From positions 1 through 55,216 of the IMG/VR virus record IMGVR_UViG_3300047274_000273: a DNA stretch of 55,216 bases. One strand, given 5' to 3'. Made by a program: the position numbers and the translations under genes. This DNA is from a virus. Lineage: Duplodnaviria > Heunggongvirae > Uroviricota > Caudoviricetes. Within the stretch, counting starts at the first letter, position 1; every line of letters begins with the position of its first letter. Shown here one piece after another: positions 28,684 to 37,661 of this stretch. The notes under the pieces are model-generated. The model saw only the letters and a program-made list of their open reading frames with translations. It was not told where the DNA came from and did no database searches.

Positions 28684-29244
28684 TTACAACTGGTCGAAGT
28701 ATTCTAGTTCTTCTAGGCTCAGGGCGGGTCTGCGTTTAGCACCATTGAGGCGGCACTGGCCTTTGGCTATGCGTGTTTCTAGGATGCGTGTTTCCATGGC
28801 AGCGATCTTCTCTTTGCCCACGCCTTCTAGATTGATGAAGCGGATGTATAACCGATCTAGGATCGTGGGCAGATCATAGCCCAGATCATGTAGATCTTTT
28901 CTCAGGGCTGCGAACTCTCGGGTGTCTGCCACGCGGCCCTTTGATGGTGCGCCCGAGACGGGATCTGCGAAGGATATGCCCGTGAGCTTGAAAGCATGGC
29001 TGAGCCAGCGTTGCTTGACCCCTTCGCGAGCGGTCTGCTTGTCCGCTCCGGAGATGCCTAGGTACAGCATACCGAATCCTGGGGTAGCTTCCGTGCCCTC
29101 TAACCATAGGGTGTAGATGCCCTTGGGCATCTTGGTATCGGAGTTGGTGCGGATGGTCTTCTTGTCGCCCTTGCTGCTGTCAGTGACATAGACGTGATCA
29201 GTGAAGGGGATCCGCTGTTTGAATTGCTCGATGATCTTGCTCAT
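28684..29244 (-). CDS. GIY-YIG-like nuclease
   Basis: GIY...LYLGIS...QRWLSH, conserved Glu and Asn. Confidence 0.6.
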   Translation of the reverse strand: MSKIIEQFKQRIPFTDHVYVTDSSKGDKKTIRTNSDTKMPKGIYTLWLEGTEATPGFGMLYLGISGADKQTAREGVKQRWLSHAFKLTGISFADPVSGAPSKGRVADTREFAALRKDLHDLGYDLPTILDRLYIRFINLEGVGKEKIAAMETRILETRIAKGQCRLNGAKRRPALSLEELEYFDQL

Positions 29245-29251
29245 AGGCTGT

Positions 29252-29365
29252 TCACAGAGCTGCTATGTTGACTAACAGTGCTGAGGTCAACAGCAGTGCG
29301 GCTTGGATGATGCCAGTGATCCAACCCACGTAGACCACAGCGATAAAACCGATCAGTTTCAACAT
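29252..29365 (-). CDS. Small hydrophobic protein (37 aa)
   Basis: Promoter and AAGGAGCG RBS. Confidence 0.55.
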   Translation of the reverse strand: MLKLIGFIAVVYVGWITGIIQAALLLTSALLVNIAAL

Positions 29366-29428
29366 ATGCGCTCCTTTTCTATCTAAGTGTTTGTAGTATA
29401 CAACCAATCGGAGGCTTTGTCAACCAAT

Positions 29429-29791
29429 TTATCCGTGGCTTTTTTGCAACAGTTCTGCGTCTGCGCCCTGTATCACGAAGTTCTCTGTGGGGAATCTCTT
29501 TTGGATGATCTGGAACAGCTCGTCCTGATCTCGCCCTTGGCCTAGGAACTGTTCTGTGTCTGCTCGGAAAGCATACAGGGTATCAGCATGGCACTCCAAG
29601 CGGATCTGGATCCTAGTCCCACCTACTTTAACTGCAGGCTGTCCCGTGATCTCGGAGTGTATGGCTTCCAGTTGCTGATCTTTGATGTCCAGCTTCTGCA
29701 TCAGGGAAGTGAACGCAGTGGTCATGAACCACTCACAGACCCTCCATCCGATGACTAGACCTAGGCTAAGGCCTATAAAGAAATCAATCAT
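29429..29791 (-). CDS. Hypothetical protein with N-terminal TM segment
   Basis: TAATG coupling at 29791. Confidence 0.6.
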   Translation of the reverse strand: MIDFFIGLSLGLVIGWRVCEWFMTTAFTSLMQKLDIKDQQLEAIHSEITGQPAVKVGGTRIQIRLECHADTLYAFRADTEQFLGQGRDQDELFQIIQKRFPTENFVIQGADAELLQKSHG

Positions 29792-30117
29792 TAGGTTCTC
29801 CGGGGTTTGAGCAGAGCCTGCGATTCCTTGCGTAGTAGTCCTGCTCTGCGGTACATGTCGTCGGCTTCTCGATTCATGGCATCTGATCTGGCTTCTGCGA
29901 GCTTGCTGCCGCCGAACTCTCGATCGACGTAGTATTGGATAAGGCTGTTCTTGATCATAGTGGGCAGATCGTGTCCTGTGTCCTCGGGACAGACGAAGCG
30001 TACAGGGCAACGGCCCCATCCACCATACTCTAGGAACTCTGCGTAGTAGCGTCTATGATCTTTGTTGTAGGGATCGAAGGCCACTAAGGGCCTACAAAGG
30101 AACTCAAGTTTGCTCAT
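29791..30117 (-). CDS. Hypothetical phage protein
   Basis: 108-aa ORF after the promoter at 30182. Confidence 0.65.
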   Translation of the reverse strand: MSKLEFLCRPLVAFDPYNKDHRRYYAEFLEYGGWGRCPVRFVCPEDTGHDLPTMIKNSLIQYYVDREFGGSKLAEARSDAMNREADDMYRRAGLLRKESQALLKPRRT

Positions 30118-30193
30118 TTACTATTGTGCGCCTCTCGGATTGTTACTTATATATCATTATTATACTGAAAGTATTGACTGATGTCAACCTTGT

Positions 30194-30226
30194 AAAAAAA
30201 CCCTAGTGTACGTGTGTACACTAGGG
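30194..30226 (-). terminator. Intrinsic terminator
   Basis: 11-bp stem CCCTAGTGTAC/GTACACTAGGG plus T7. Confidence 0.85.
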
Positions 30227-30232
30227 CACCAA

Positions 30233-30271
30233 GTTGCCGTTTTCCGGGAGCGAATCGGATTAAGCGGCAAC
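30233..30271 (-). ncRNA. Candidate 3'-UTR hairpin displaying AUUCGCUCC (copy 1)
   Basis: GUUGCCG..UCCG[AUUCGCUCC]CGGA..CGGCAAC; 18 bp identical to 37048-37065. Confidence 0.5.
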
Positions 30272-30565
30272 CGCTGCTGTCTTCGCGACAGTAGCCTTGA
30301 TCACTGCCTTAGGAGCAGGATTCTTCTTCTCTGCGTAGGCGATCGCAGCTTCCACAGCTGGATTACCTGCGCCGAAGCCAATGGTCTTGAGGTGTTGTAC
30401 AGCCTCAGCCTTGGTCATCTCTGTGGGCAGCTCCACGAGCTCCACATCCTTGTGGCCGTTCTTGGCCAGGATCTTGATACGCATGGTATCATTGGCAAAA
30501 CGCAGCTTGGTCTTGCCTTCAAGGGTTGAAACACCTGCAACCGCGAACTTTTTATCTGTAGCCAT
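30260..30565 (-). CDS. Hypothetical phage protein with Ala/Lys-rich tail
   Basis: GGAG RBS, own promoter and terminator. Confidence 0.75.
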   Translation of the reverse strand: MATDKKFAVAGVSTLEGKTKLRFANDTMRIKILAKNGHKDVELVELPTEMTKAEAVQHLKTIGFGAGNPAVEAAIAYAEKKNPAPKAVIKATVAKTAAVAA

Positions 30566-30647
30566 TTTACTAATCTCCAAAGTGTGTGTATGAAATAGCC
30601 AATCCATTTATTGGCATAGTTTACTATAGCACAACTATCCAAGTAAG

Positions 30648-30839
30648 TCAACCATTTGGTTGCCCAAATTGCGGGGTTACTTGGATAGTCACGCTCTCCT
30701 TCTCGTCTAGGGCGGCGATAAACTCGTCGTCCATGACCAGATCCTGCATGGCCAAATCGATCATCGATTCGACCCTATCTAGATCGGCTGCACCGTCACC
30801 GGCACAGCTCACCGTGAATGTATAGGTCAGAGTCCTCAT
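30648..30839 (-). CDS. Hypothetical protein
   Basis: ATGA-coupled ORF. Confidence 0.6.
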   Translation of the reverse strand: MRTLTYTFTVSCAGDGAADLDRVESMIDLAMQDLVMDDEFIAALDEKESVTIQVTPQFGQPNG

Positions 30840-31462
30840 GATGTCTTCAACTCCAATTTGTCACTACCTTCTTTGACGAAGCGATAGAGTTCTTCATCCA
30901 TACGCTGTTCCTCTTCGTATTCTGCTTGATTCTCAGAGATAGCGAAGAACTCGTCCAACTCCTCGGGCAACATGTCTTTGGCACCCTGGCTATCACCCCA
31001 ATCGGAGTAGCAGTCATCTGCGCCGTTGTCGTAGACGCCAGCGAAGCACATACCACCTTCATAGTAGTAGGCACGCACCGTGAAACCCTGTTCAACCAGA
31101 GCATCGTAGGCTCCGATGGGAGGGGCCCAGGCACTGTCGAAACTTGCGGTCAACATCAGACCGTCATCACGCACATCCAAGGTGCCATCATCACCACCTA
31201 CATCCCACTTAGTGCCCCAACGGCTAGTCTGGAAATCATACCAGTCCTTGGCACCGTAGAGTTCTAGGTTACGCTTCATCTGAGCCTCATGCTCAGCTCG
31301 CCGGTCTTCACCTACGAATCCTGACACTGTGTCAGTGAGGTCTTTGGGTGTGGGAATCGCGTAGTTGCAGAACTCACCGCGTTTGTAGGCTTCGGCTAGA
31401 TCTGTGATCTTCTGCGGGTCTTCGTGTCCCACTTCTACAAAATTACTGCACCAATTAGGCAT
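30836..31462 (-). CDS. YubB/DUF1281-like ferredoxin-fold protein
   Basis: MPNWCSN, WGTKWD, FDSAWAPP, YYEGG. Confidence 0.75.
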   Translation of the reverse strand: MPNWCSNFVEVGHEDPQKITDLAEAYKRGEFCNYAIPTPKDLTDTVSGFVGEDRRAEHEAQMKRNLELYGAKDWYDFQTSRWGTKWDVGGDDGTLDVRDDGLMLTASFDSAWAPPIGAYDALVEQGFTVRAYYYEGGMCFAGVYDNGADDCYSDWGDSQGAKDMLPEELDEFFAISENQAEYEEEQRMDEELYRFVKEGSDKLELKTS

Positions 31463-31496
31463 AAGTCGCTCCTTTCACTATAAACATATTATAGCA

Positions 31497-31721
31497 TCAT
31501 TGACTCAAAATGTCAACCAATTTCTTGTTCTGCAGATCCTGATAGTTGCGTGTGATCTGGGCATCTACAGCACCGATGAGATTCAGCTCGATGTCTGTGG
31601 CATTTTTGCCACAGATCTGTTCTAGAGTCCTTAAGACCTTACGCTGTGCCATAGGAGTCATTTCAGGATCTTCCAGTGCGGTCACGGCACGGCGAATGTA
31701 TTCGAATTCACTGGGGGTCAT
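31497..31721 (-). CDS. Hypothetical protein
   Basis: 74-aa ORF in the early region. Confidence 0.55.
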   Translation of the reverse strand: MTPSEFEYIRRAVTALEDPEMTPMAQRKVLRTLEQICGKNATDIELNLIGAVDAQITRNYQDLQNKKLVDILSQ

Positions 31722-31923
31722 ATTCTTTCACCATCCTATAAAGTGGGTCCAATTCTTCGGTATCTTCTAGCTCGAAATCGTCTGTGGCCCAATCGATCCA
31801 TTCTTCGGAGAACACATCGACACTGCCGTCTCTGAGCATCTCACGTGCGGCCTCTTCGGTTTCAGCCTCTACGATGTAGGTTTCTGAGACAATGGCATTG
31901 CGCCAAAAAGTAAATCGTTTCAT
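31708..31923 (-). CDS. Hypothetical protein
   Basis: Coupled 71-aa ORF. Confidence 0.6.
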   Translation of the reverse strand: MKRFTFWRNAIVSETYIVEAETEEAAREMLRDGSVDVFSEEWIDWATDDFELEDTEELDPLYRMVKEYDPQ

Positions 31924-32165
31924 CAGAAATCCGCAGTCATCGCGTGAGTCGCATGATCGTACTTGACAAAGACTTTGCCCGTTTCTACTCCCGTACCTGC
32001 ATCATCATGGTAAGTGACCTTGTAGCAGAAGTCCCCACCATTGGTGATGCCTAGGAACTCTGCTGTGTCAAATGAGCACATAGAGTAGCCGCTTTTGTCT
32101 AAGATCACAGCCAGGCCTTTAGGGCCGAATGAAGTAAGGGTTTTCAGTGTGTCTGCTAGAATCAT
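31923..32165 (-). CDS. Hypothetical protein
   Basis: AGGAGCGAAT RBS before the ATG at 32165. Confidence 0.65.
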   Translation of the reverse strand: MILADTLKTLTSFGPKGLAVILDKSGYSMCSFDTAEFLGITNGGDFCYKVTYHDDAGTGVETGKVFVKYDHATHAMTADF

Positions 32166-32214
32166 TATTCGCTCCTTTACTATACCTATAGTATAGCATC
32201 GTCCATCCAATCTG

Positions 32215-32556
32215 TCAACCGATTTCTGCCACGTGCTTGCAGTTACCACGGAAAGTGAATCCTGGGCAGGTACAGGTCCGTTCCTCTACATTAACGAAGT
32301 AGGAGTTGCCTTTGCTGCCCTTGACTTCTAGAACCATTGGCTCTTTCTTCTGGACGAGGGCTTTGAAAGGGTTAGGCTCGAGCTTTTCGAACTTACGTCC
32401 ACGCCGATCGATCTTGATCGTGCCTTTGAGGACTCGGATCTCTCCTGTGCCCCAAGGCCTGTAGGCAACCACTCGATCCCCGTCGAGCAGGTAGTCGTGG
32501 TTGGGTTGCCGATATTCAACGCCCGTCCAAACAGTGGTTTCACGTAGGGCCTCCAT
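32215..32556 (-). CDS. SWIM zinc-finger protein
   Basis: CTCPGFTFRGNCKH. Confidence 0.8.
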   Translation of the reverse strand: MEALRETTVWTGVEYRQPNHDYLLDGDRVVAYRPWGTGEIRVLKGTIKIDRRGRKFEKLEPNPFKALVQKKEPMVLEVKGSKGNSYFVNVEERTCTCPGFTFRGNCKHVAEIG

Positions 32557-32822
32557 TAACGGTAGTCCTTCTTGTCACCATAGCGTTCGTTGTAGTCATA
32601 GCCTTCGTTGTATTCAGCTCGGCTTAATTCGTCTGTGACTTCAACGCGGGGACCACTGTCTCCACCAACACCACCATAGTGAGCACCACGTGGACGACCA
32701 TAGTAGGAATCGGCACTGCCACGATCATAGAGGCTACCGTGATTTGTGCGGATGAACTGCCAACCACGCAGTGCTCGTACCACCTGCTTCTGCTCGTCTT
32801 CGGTCATGATATGTAGGTACAT
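32556..32822 (-). CDS. Hypothetical protein
   Basis: AGGAGCGAA RBS; YDRGSADSYYGR motif. Confidence 0.65.
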   Translation of the reverse strand: MYLHIMTEDEQKQVVRALRGWQFIRTNHGSLYDRGSADSYYGRPRGAHYGGVGGDSGPRVEVTDELSRAEYNEGYDYNERYGDKKDYR

Positions 32823-32899
32823 CTTTCGCTCCTTGTTATTCACTATACCCATAGTATAGCACCGAGTAGCCAAAAGGTCAACCAAAATATCGAAAGACC

Positions 32900-33256
32900 C
32901 TAGACGATCACGGGTTTCCTGGCAGGTGCCCGATCATCCCAGATCCGGTAGCTGTGGTTGGCACGTACCCAGTCTGCGAATGTCTGCGGCTCAGTCTTGA
33001 ACCATGCCATAATGTCGTCGGGTCCTATGTCATCCTGGCTGGTGAACACATAGATCTCGTAGTGCCTATGTGTGTTATACTGTGCCCTGAGCTTGAGCGC
33101 AGTGAGGTTGAAGCTCACGGGCTTCTCAACTCGCTTGCTCTGTTTGATGCTGTCAAACAGATGGTTCTTAGCCCAGTTGTCGGGGTGATGTTCCGTGATT
33201 TCTTCAAAGAACTCCACACCCTCACAGTCCCAAGAGACTAGGTAGTAGCGTGTCAT
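32900..33256 (-). CDS. Hypothetical protein
   Basis: ATGA-coupled start at 33256. Confidence 0.6.
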   Translation of the reverse strand: MTRYYLVSWDCEGVEFFEEITEHHPDNWAKNHLFDSIKQSKRVEKPVSFNLTALKLRAQYNTHRHYEIYVFTSQDDIGPDDIMAWFKTEPQTFADWVRANHSYRIWDDRAPARKPVIV

Positions 33257-33426
33257 GAATTGACTGTGTTGTGCGGGTCGAACTCGTCGGCTTCGTCCAA
33301 GGACTCTGACTGCATCCAATCATAGACTAGTTGCAGAGGACAGTCTAGGATCTTAGCGATCATCTTAGGACCGTGTCCTTCGATATACAGTTGCTCGATG
33401 TCGTAGGCAAGATCACTCACGCTCAT
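33253..33426 (-). CDS. Small HTH-like protein (57 aa)
   Basis: DLAYDIEQLYIEG...IAKILDCP; coupled on both sides. Confidence 0.6.
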   Translation of the reverse strand: MSVSDLAYDIEQLYIEGHGPKMIAKILDCPLQLVYDWMQSESLDEADEFDPHNTVNS

Positions 33427-33548
33427 TGCGCGGTCTCCTTCATGATAACCTGGGTTTTACTCACAGCCTTGTCAATGGCAGATGCTACACCCGACACACC
33501 TACCGTGGCCACAAACATACCTGCGATGAATGCTAGTAGAATTTTCAT
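33423..33548 (-). CDS. Small TM protein (41 aa)
   Basis: AGGAGCGA RBS. Confidence 0.55.
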   Translation of the reverse strand: MKILLAFIAGMFVATVGVSGVASAIDKAVSKTQVIMKETAQ

Positions 33549-33557
33549 GATCGCTCC

Positions 33558-33650
33558 TTAGCCTACAAAGATCCAATAAGAACCTACGGCAATCGCATAG
33601 ACCGCGACCGCGTAGCCCAATAGCTTGATGTCTTCGATTAACCACTCCAT
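33558..33650 (-). CDS. Small TM protein (30 aa)
   Basis: Promoter and AAGGAGCG RBS. Confidence 0.5.
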   Translation of the reverse strand: MEWLIEDIKLLGYAVAVYAIAVGSYWIFVG

Positions 33651-33777
33651 TTTGACGCTCCTTTCTTAACTGTCTAGCCTATAGTATAACACCAATCTGT
33701 CTAGATGTCAAGTTCGGATTTACGCACACACGTAGCAGCGGGGTCTGTGGCTAAAAAGCCACAACCCCTGGCACTCT

Positions 33778-34989
33778 TCAGGCCGCTTCCTTTTCGTAGA
33801 TCACAGTCTGTCCAAAGGGCGCCTCTGCCTGCGTATTACCCTTGACAACGAAGATCGTGTCGCAGTAGTCCTCTTCACCCCAACCACCGCAGGGATAGCC
33901 GTCTGTGAACATGATGAACTTCTTGGGCTGGATATCGTTGTCACGCATGAACTCCCAATTGACTTCAAAGGAAGTACCGCCGCCACCCTGAGGTTCGTAG
34001 TTGACAAGGTCTTCTGAGTTGTCATGAGTCACAGTCTGGTGATTGTAGATCTCAGTGTCAAAGCACCAGATATTGACCTTGAAGTCTTCGAACTGATCCA
34101 TGATGCCCTTGACCTCTGACAAGAACACTGAAGCATCTTCCTCACCGATCGAACCTGACATATCAATGCCAATGGCTACGTCGATGGTAGTTGCTTCCTT
34201 CATGCCCGGAAGGATCGCACCACTGTGAGCACTCTTACGGTTGAAGCGTTGGAACGAGAAGTCGTTGCGAACGATGCTTTGGATCTCTTGACGCACAAGT
34301 TCACGCCAGGAAATCTTAGGCTCAGTCATAGACTTGATCATACGCATGATGCCTGCAGGAGTCTTACCTGCACCAGCGGCCGCGGCACTCTGGATCATGG
34401 CTTCTTTGATCTCATCCTTGATGCGTTGTGCATCTTCCTTAGAGATCTTAGGACGACCCTTGCCATCCTTGTCGCCATCGCCATCACCTTCGCCGTTCTC
34501 ACCATCACCTTCTTTGATGTGCTCGTCGAGCAGGTCACCCAATTGCTTGAGCAGTTCGGGCATACTGATCTTCTCTGCTTTGTCGTAGAGATCATCGTAG
34601 ATCTCTTCCCAAGCCATGCCACGGTACTTTGGATCGTAGCAGATCTTGACCTGGGTGATCTTGTCACCGATACGCTCATCTACAAGGATTTGGTTTACGG
34701 CATAGTCTTGTGCGATGTTGCTGAGCTGACGATCACGGCTACCTACGCGACCAAAGTGGTCAAACACGCAGTGGCAGATCTCGTGACCAAACAAGAATTC
34801 AAGTTGTTTGATCGAGAGCTTTTCTACGAACTTGGTATTGTAATAAAAGTCACGACCGTTAGTGGCCGCGGTTGGGCACCAGTCGTCTGCATTGATCAAA
34901 CGCATACGAGTGGCCATGTTGCCGAAGAAAGGTGCTTTGAGTAGCAGTCCTACTCGGGCAGTGGTTAGTTTATCGATGATCGGGTCCAT
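33778..34989 (-). CDS. DUF2201-type HExxH metallopeptidase plus VWA domain protein
   Basis: HEICH; DMSGS MIDAS; GGGT; MFTDG. Confidence 0.85.
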   Translation of the reverse strand: MDPIIDKLTTARVGLLLKAPFFGNMATRMRLINADDWCPTAATNGRDFYYNTKFVEKLSIKQLEFLFGHEICHCVFDHFGRVGSRDRQLSNIAQDYAVNQILVDERIGDKITQVKICYDPKYRGMAWEEIYDDLYDKAEKISMPELLKQLGDLLDEHIKEGDGENGEGDGDGDKDGKGRPKISKEDAQRIKDEIKEAMIQSAAAAGAGKTPAGIMRMIKSMTEPKISWRELVRQEIQSIVRNDFSFQRFNRKSAHSGAILPGMKEATTIDVAIGIDMSGSIGEEDASVFLSEVKGIMDQFEDFKVNIWCFDTEIYNHQTVTHDNSEDLVNYEPQGGGGTSFEVNWEFMRDNDIQPKKFIMFTDGYPCGGWGEEDYCDTIFVVKGNTQAEAPFGQTVIYEKEAA

Positions 34990-35044
34990 TCGCTCTCCTT
35001 ACTGTATGTATCTATTATAGCACCTTCTGGCACCCTTGTCAACC

Positions 35045-35082
35045 AAAAAAGGCGGGCTAGAGCCCTGGGTGAGCCCTAGCCC
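35045..35082 (-). terminator. Intrinsic terminator after the MoxR-like gene
   Basis: GGGCTAG/CTAGCCC stem plus T6. Confidence 0.65.
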
Positions 35083-35098
35083 TACGATGGACGAGGTC

Positions 35099-36184
35099 TT
35101 AATTCTCCATCGCACTCAAAACATACTTGCCGAAACGCTTGTGGAACTCGTCGAAGCTCGTCATCTTAGTAGCGTCAAAGGGCAGGTTGTAGTTGGTAAG
35201 ACCGGTCTTGGCACCCATGACCACCAGCTCAGTCGGGAAGTTATCCATCATGTAGCGGAAGAAACGGTCTGCCTTCTCGTCAAACTTCTTGTCCTTCTTC
35301 TCAGCGGCATCCTTGAGCTCGTAGCAGAGGCTCACAGTCAAAGAATACATGGCTGACACTTCTTTGATAGCCAAGTCCTTGACCTTGCCGTCGAGGATGT
35401 CTTCTGCCTTGGGCAGTTTACCTGCGATCTTACGGTGAGCCATGAACTTGACAGCAAGACCGTCACCGATAGCACCTGCGACCAAAGTAGTCAGGGTCTC
35501 GTTGTCAACATCGTCGTCGTTGAGCAGGTCGCTGACGAAAACCCAAGAACGAGGAGTTGCGAAACTCTTGCTAGGGCTCTTAGGATCGAAGTCATAGAGG
35601 TCCTGCTTGGCGAAACCCACATAACCAACAACCTCAGGGTGAACATTGTTCATCACAGCCCACTCTTGGAAGTCATCGAAGTCTACCTTCATTTCCAAGT
35701 GCAGGAAGCGGTTAGCCAACGGAGCAGGCATACGGTAGGTAACACCACGGTCACCTTCGCGGTTACCAGCGGCAACGATGTCAACACCCTTAGGCAGAGT
35801 GTAGGTGCCAACGCGGCGGTTCAGGATCAACTGATAGGCCGCGGCCTGTACCGCAGGAGGAGCAGAGTTCAGCTCGTCCAAGAAGATCAGTGCGGTGGAC
35901 TCTGGGTCCGTAGGAAGCTCTGCAGGGGGAGCCCAGACCATCTTGCCTTGTTCTGCGTTGTAATAAGGAATACCCTTGATGTCGGTGGGCTCCCAAAGTG
36001 CTAGGCGAACGTCGATGACTTCGCGACCAGCATCTTCACCGATCTGCTTGACGAGATCGGATTTGCCAATACCCGGAGGACCCCACAGGAATACAGGACG
36101 GCGAACTGAAATCGCCTTACGGATCGCCTTCTTGGCCGACTTAGGACCAACTTGACGGACGGAAATATCTTGTGCTTTTGCCAT
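35099..36184 (-). CDS. MoxR-like AAA+ ATPase
   Basis: GPPGIGKS, FLDELN, AAGN, PLANRF. Confidence 0.9.
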   Translation of the reverse strand: MAKAQDISVRQVGPKSAKKAIRKAISVRRPVFLWGPPGIGKSDLVKQIGEDAGREVIDVRLALWEPTDIKGIPYYNAEQGKMVWAPPAELPTDPESTALIFLDELNSAPPAVQAAAYQLILNRRVGTYTLPKGVDIVAAGNREGDRGVTYRMPAPLANRFLHLEMKVDFDDFQEWAVMNNVHPEVVGYVGFAKQDLYDFDPKSPSKSFATPRSWVFVSDLLNDDDVDNETLTTLVAGAIGDGLAVKFMAHRKIAGKLPKAEDILDGKVKDLAIKEVSAMYSLTVSLCYELKDAAEKKDKKFDEKADRFFRYMMDNFPTELVVMGAKTGLTNYNLPFDATKMTSFDEFHKRFGKYVLSAMEN

Positions 36185-36261
36185 CTAAGACCTCGTTAAA
36201 AAAAGTTGAACTACTAATTGCTTTCCCAGTGTTAGTATTGTAGCACCAAACCACTCAGTTG

Positions 36262-36906
36262 TCAACCACTGATTTTCACATAGTTGAGCTGTGTTGTTTT
36301 ATCGCCACGGATGTTCTTGATCTTGCCCTTGATGCGCAGGGTAGCGTCCTTGGCTAGATCTTTGTTGAACCAGAAGTCCACGAAGCTTTCACCCATGCGG
36401 GCTTGGATCTTGAACTTGTTGAAATTAACATTGTAACGGCTGTTGATGACCACGATGTCACCTTGTACAGCATCCCCTTCAGCTCCTTGGAGCTGTTCCG
36501 AGGTATAGATTTCCCTCTTGAGCTCGGTACGCTGCTGATCACGTTGAGCCACAGAGGGCAAACAGCTGACCACAGCAAAGTCGTAGAGATCGCGTCCCGT
36601 GAATTGATCTTTGGCAGCGATCCGCATGGCAGTCTTTTGGAAGTCATTGAGCTGCCCTGTGAGCGCCAGCAGGGTATAGCTTTTGAAGTGATCCCGCGCC
36701 GAGCGACCTGCAGCATAGTCGGCCTCGGTGACTTCTACGAAGTTGCCGGTACGAAGCCAATCCTTGACCATGTTCTTGTTGGCTTCACGACCACGGCAGG
36801 GAGGAACAGCATTGGGTAACCATTCGGTTTCTTTGAGGTAGGCTCCGTTGATACGCTGCGCGGCAGCAGCACAGGCCCAGACTTGATCAGCAGTAAATTC
36901 CATCAT
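36262..36906 (-). CDS. Hypothetical protein, possible C-terminal OB fold
   Basis: Promoter and RBS; IKGKIK...TQLNYVKI. Confidence 0.65.
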   Translation of the reverse strand: MMEFTADQVWACAAAAQRINGAYLKETEWLPNAVPPCRGREANKNMVKDWLRTGNFVEVTEADYAAGRSARDHFKSYTLLALTGQLNDFQKTAMRIAAKDQFTGRDLYDFAVVSCLPSVAQRDQQRTELKREIYTSEQLQGAEGDAVQGDIVVINSRYNVNFNKFKIQARMGESFVDFWFNKDLAKDATLRIKGKIKNIRGDKTTQLNYVKISG

Positions 36907-37010
36907 CGCTCCTAATCTCTTAGTATGCGTCTATTATAACACTATGTATCCAAAGTGTCAACCACTTTTGGGAGTGCCGGCGGCTGTGGCTTTTTCGCAA
37001 CAAAGAGGTC

Positions 37011-37037
37011 AAAAAAACAGGGTCCTAAGACCCTGTT
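37011..37037 (-). terminator. Intrinsic terminator
   Basis: AACAGGGTC/GACCCTGTT stem plus T-run. Confidence 0.8.
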
Positions 37038-37038
37038 C

Positions 37039-37083
37039 AAAACCGCCCCGGGAGCGAATCGGATTGGTTTTGAGGAGCGAACC
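37039..37083 (-). ncRNA. Candidate 3'-UTR RNA with two UUCGCUCC motifs (copy 2)
   Basis: GGUUCGCUCCUC followed by the hairpin AAAACC..CCG[AUUCGCUCC]CGG..GGUUUU. Confidence 0.5.
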
Positions 37084-37359
37084 TTAGGCTACGGTCCAAC
37101 CAGCAGCCTTGGCCATGTAACCAAGTGCTACGATTTCGCGGCTAGGTTGACCCATTTCGTACTCGGTAACCTGCACACCATTGCCAGCCTTGCGACTGTT
37201 GCTGTAGACAGCATAGCCACCCTTGCGGATGCGGCTAGCTTCTGCGGCTAGATTCTTTACACCAAAACGCTTCTCAGCTTGTGAGGCTGTAAGAGTTTCA
37301 CCATTGTAAAGAGCTTGGAAGACCTTGAAAGTCTTGGTTTCGGGATTGAATCGCTTCAT
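37084..37359 (-). CDS. Winged-HTH-like DNA-binding protein
   Basis: LTASQAEKRFGVKNLAAEASRIRKGGYAV...wing. Confidence 0.65.
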   Translation of the reverse strand: MKRFNPETKTFKVFQALYNGETLTASQAEKRFGVKNLAAEASRIRKGGYAVYSNSRKAGNGVQVTEYEMGQPSREIVALGYMAKAAGWTVA

Positions 37360-37457
37360 TTTTTTTCCTCTATATGTTAACAGCTGATTACTTGTTCTTC
37401 AGCGTTCTTATAATATACTAGAATCCAAAGTATAATGCAAGAACTGTGATCGCCAAA

Positions 37458-37661
37458 TTACTTTTTGCTAACCTTCACGCTGGGCACCGCCATGATGATC
37501 GCAGCGGCCAACCATGTCCAGAACGTGTAGGGTAGCACAGATTCAGGCCAAAGATACCGCCCAAATTCATTTATGGCCCAGATAAAGGCCAAAGGTCCGA
37601 TGGCCACGAAGAACACGATCACGGCCACTAAACCAACGATAGTCATAAGTTTACTCATCAT
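37458..37661 (-). CDS. Small 2-TM membrane protein
   Basis: AGGAG RBS; hydrophobic. Confidence 0.6.
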   Translation of the reverse strand: MMSKLMTIVGLVAVIVFFVAIGPLAFIWAINEFGRYLWPESVLPYTFWTWLAAAIIMAVPSVKVSKK

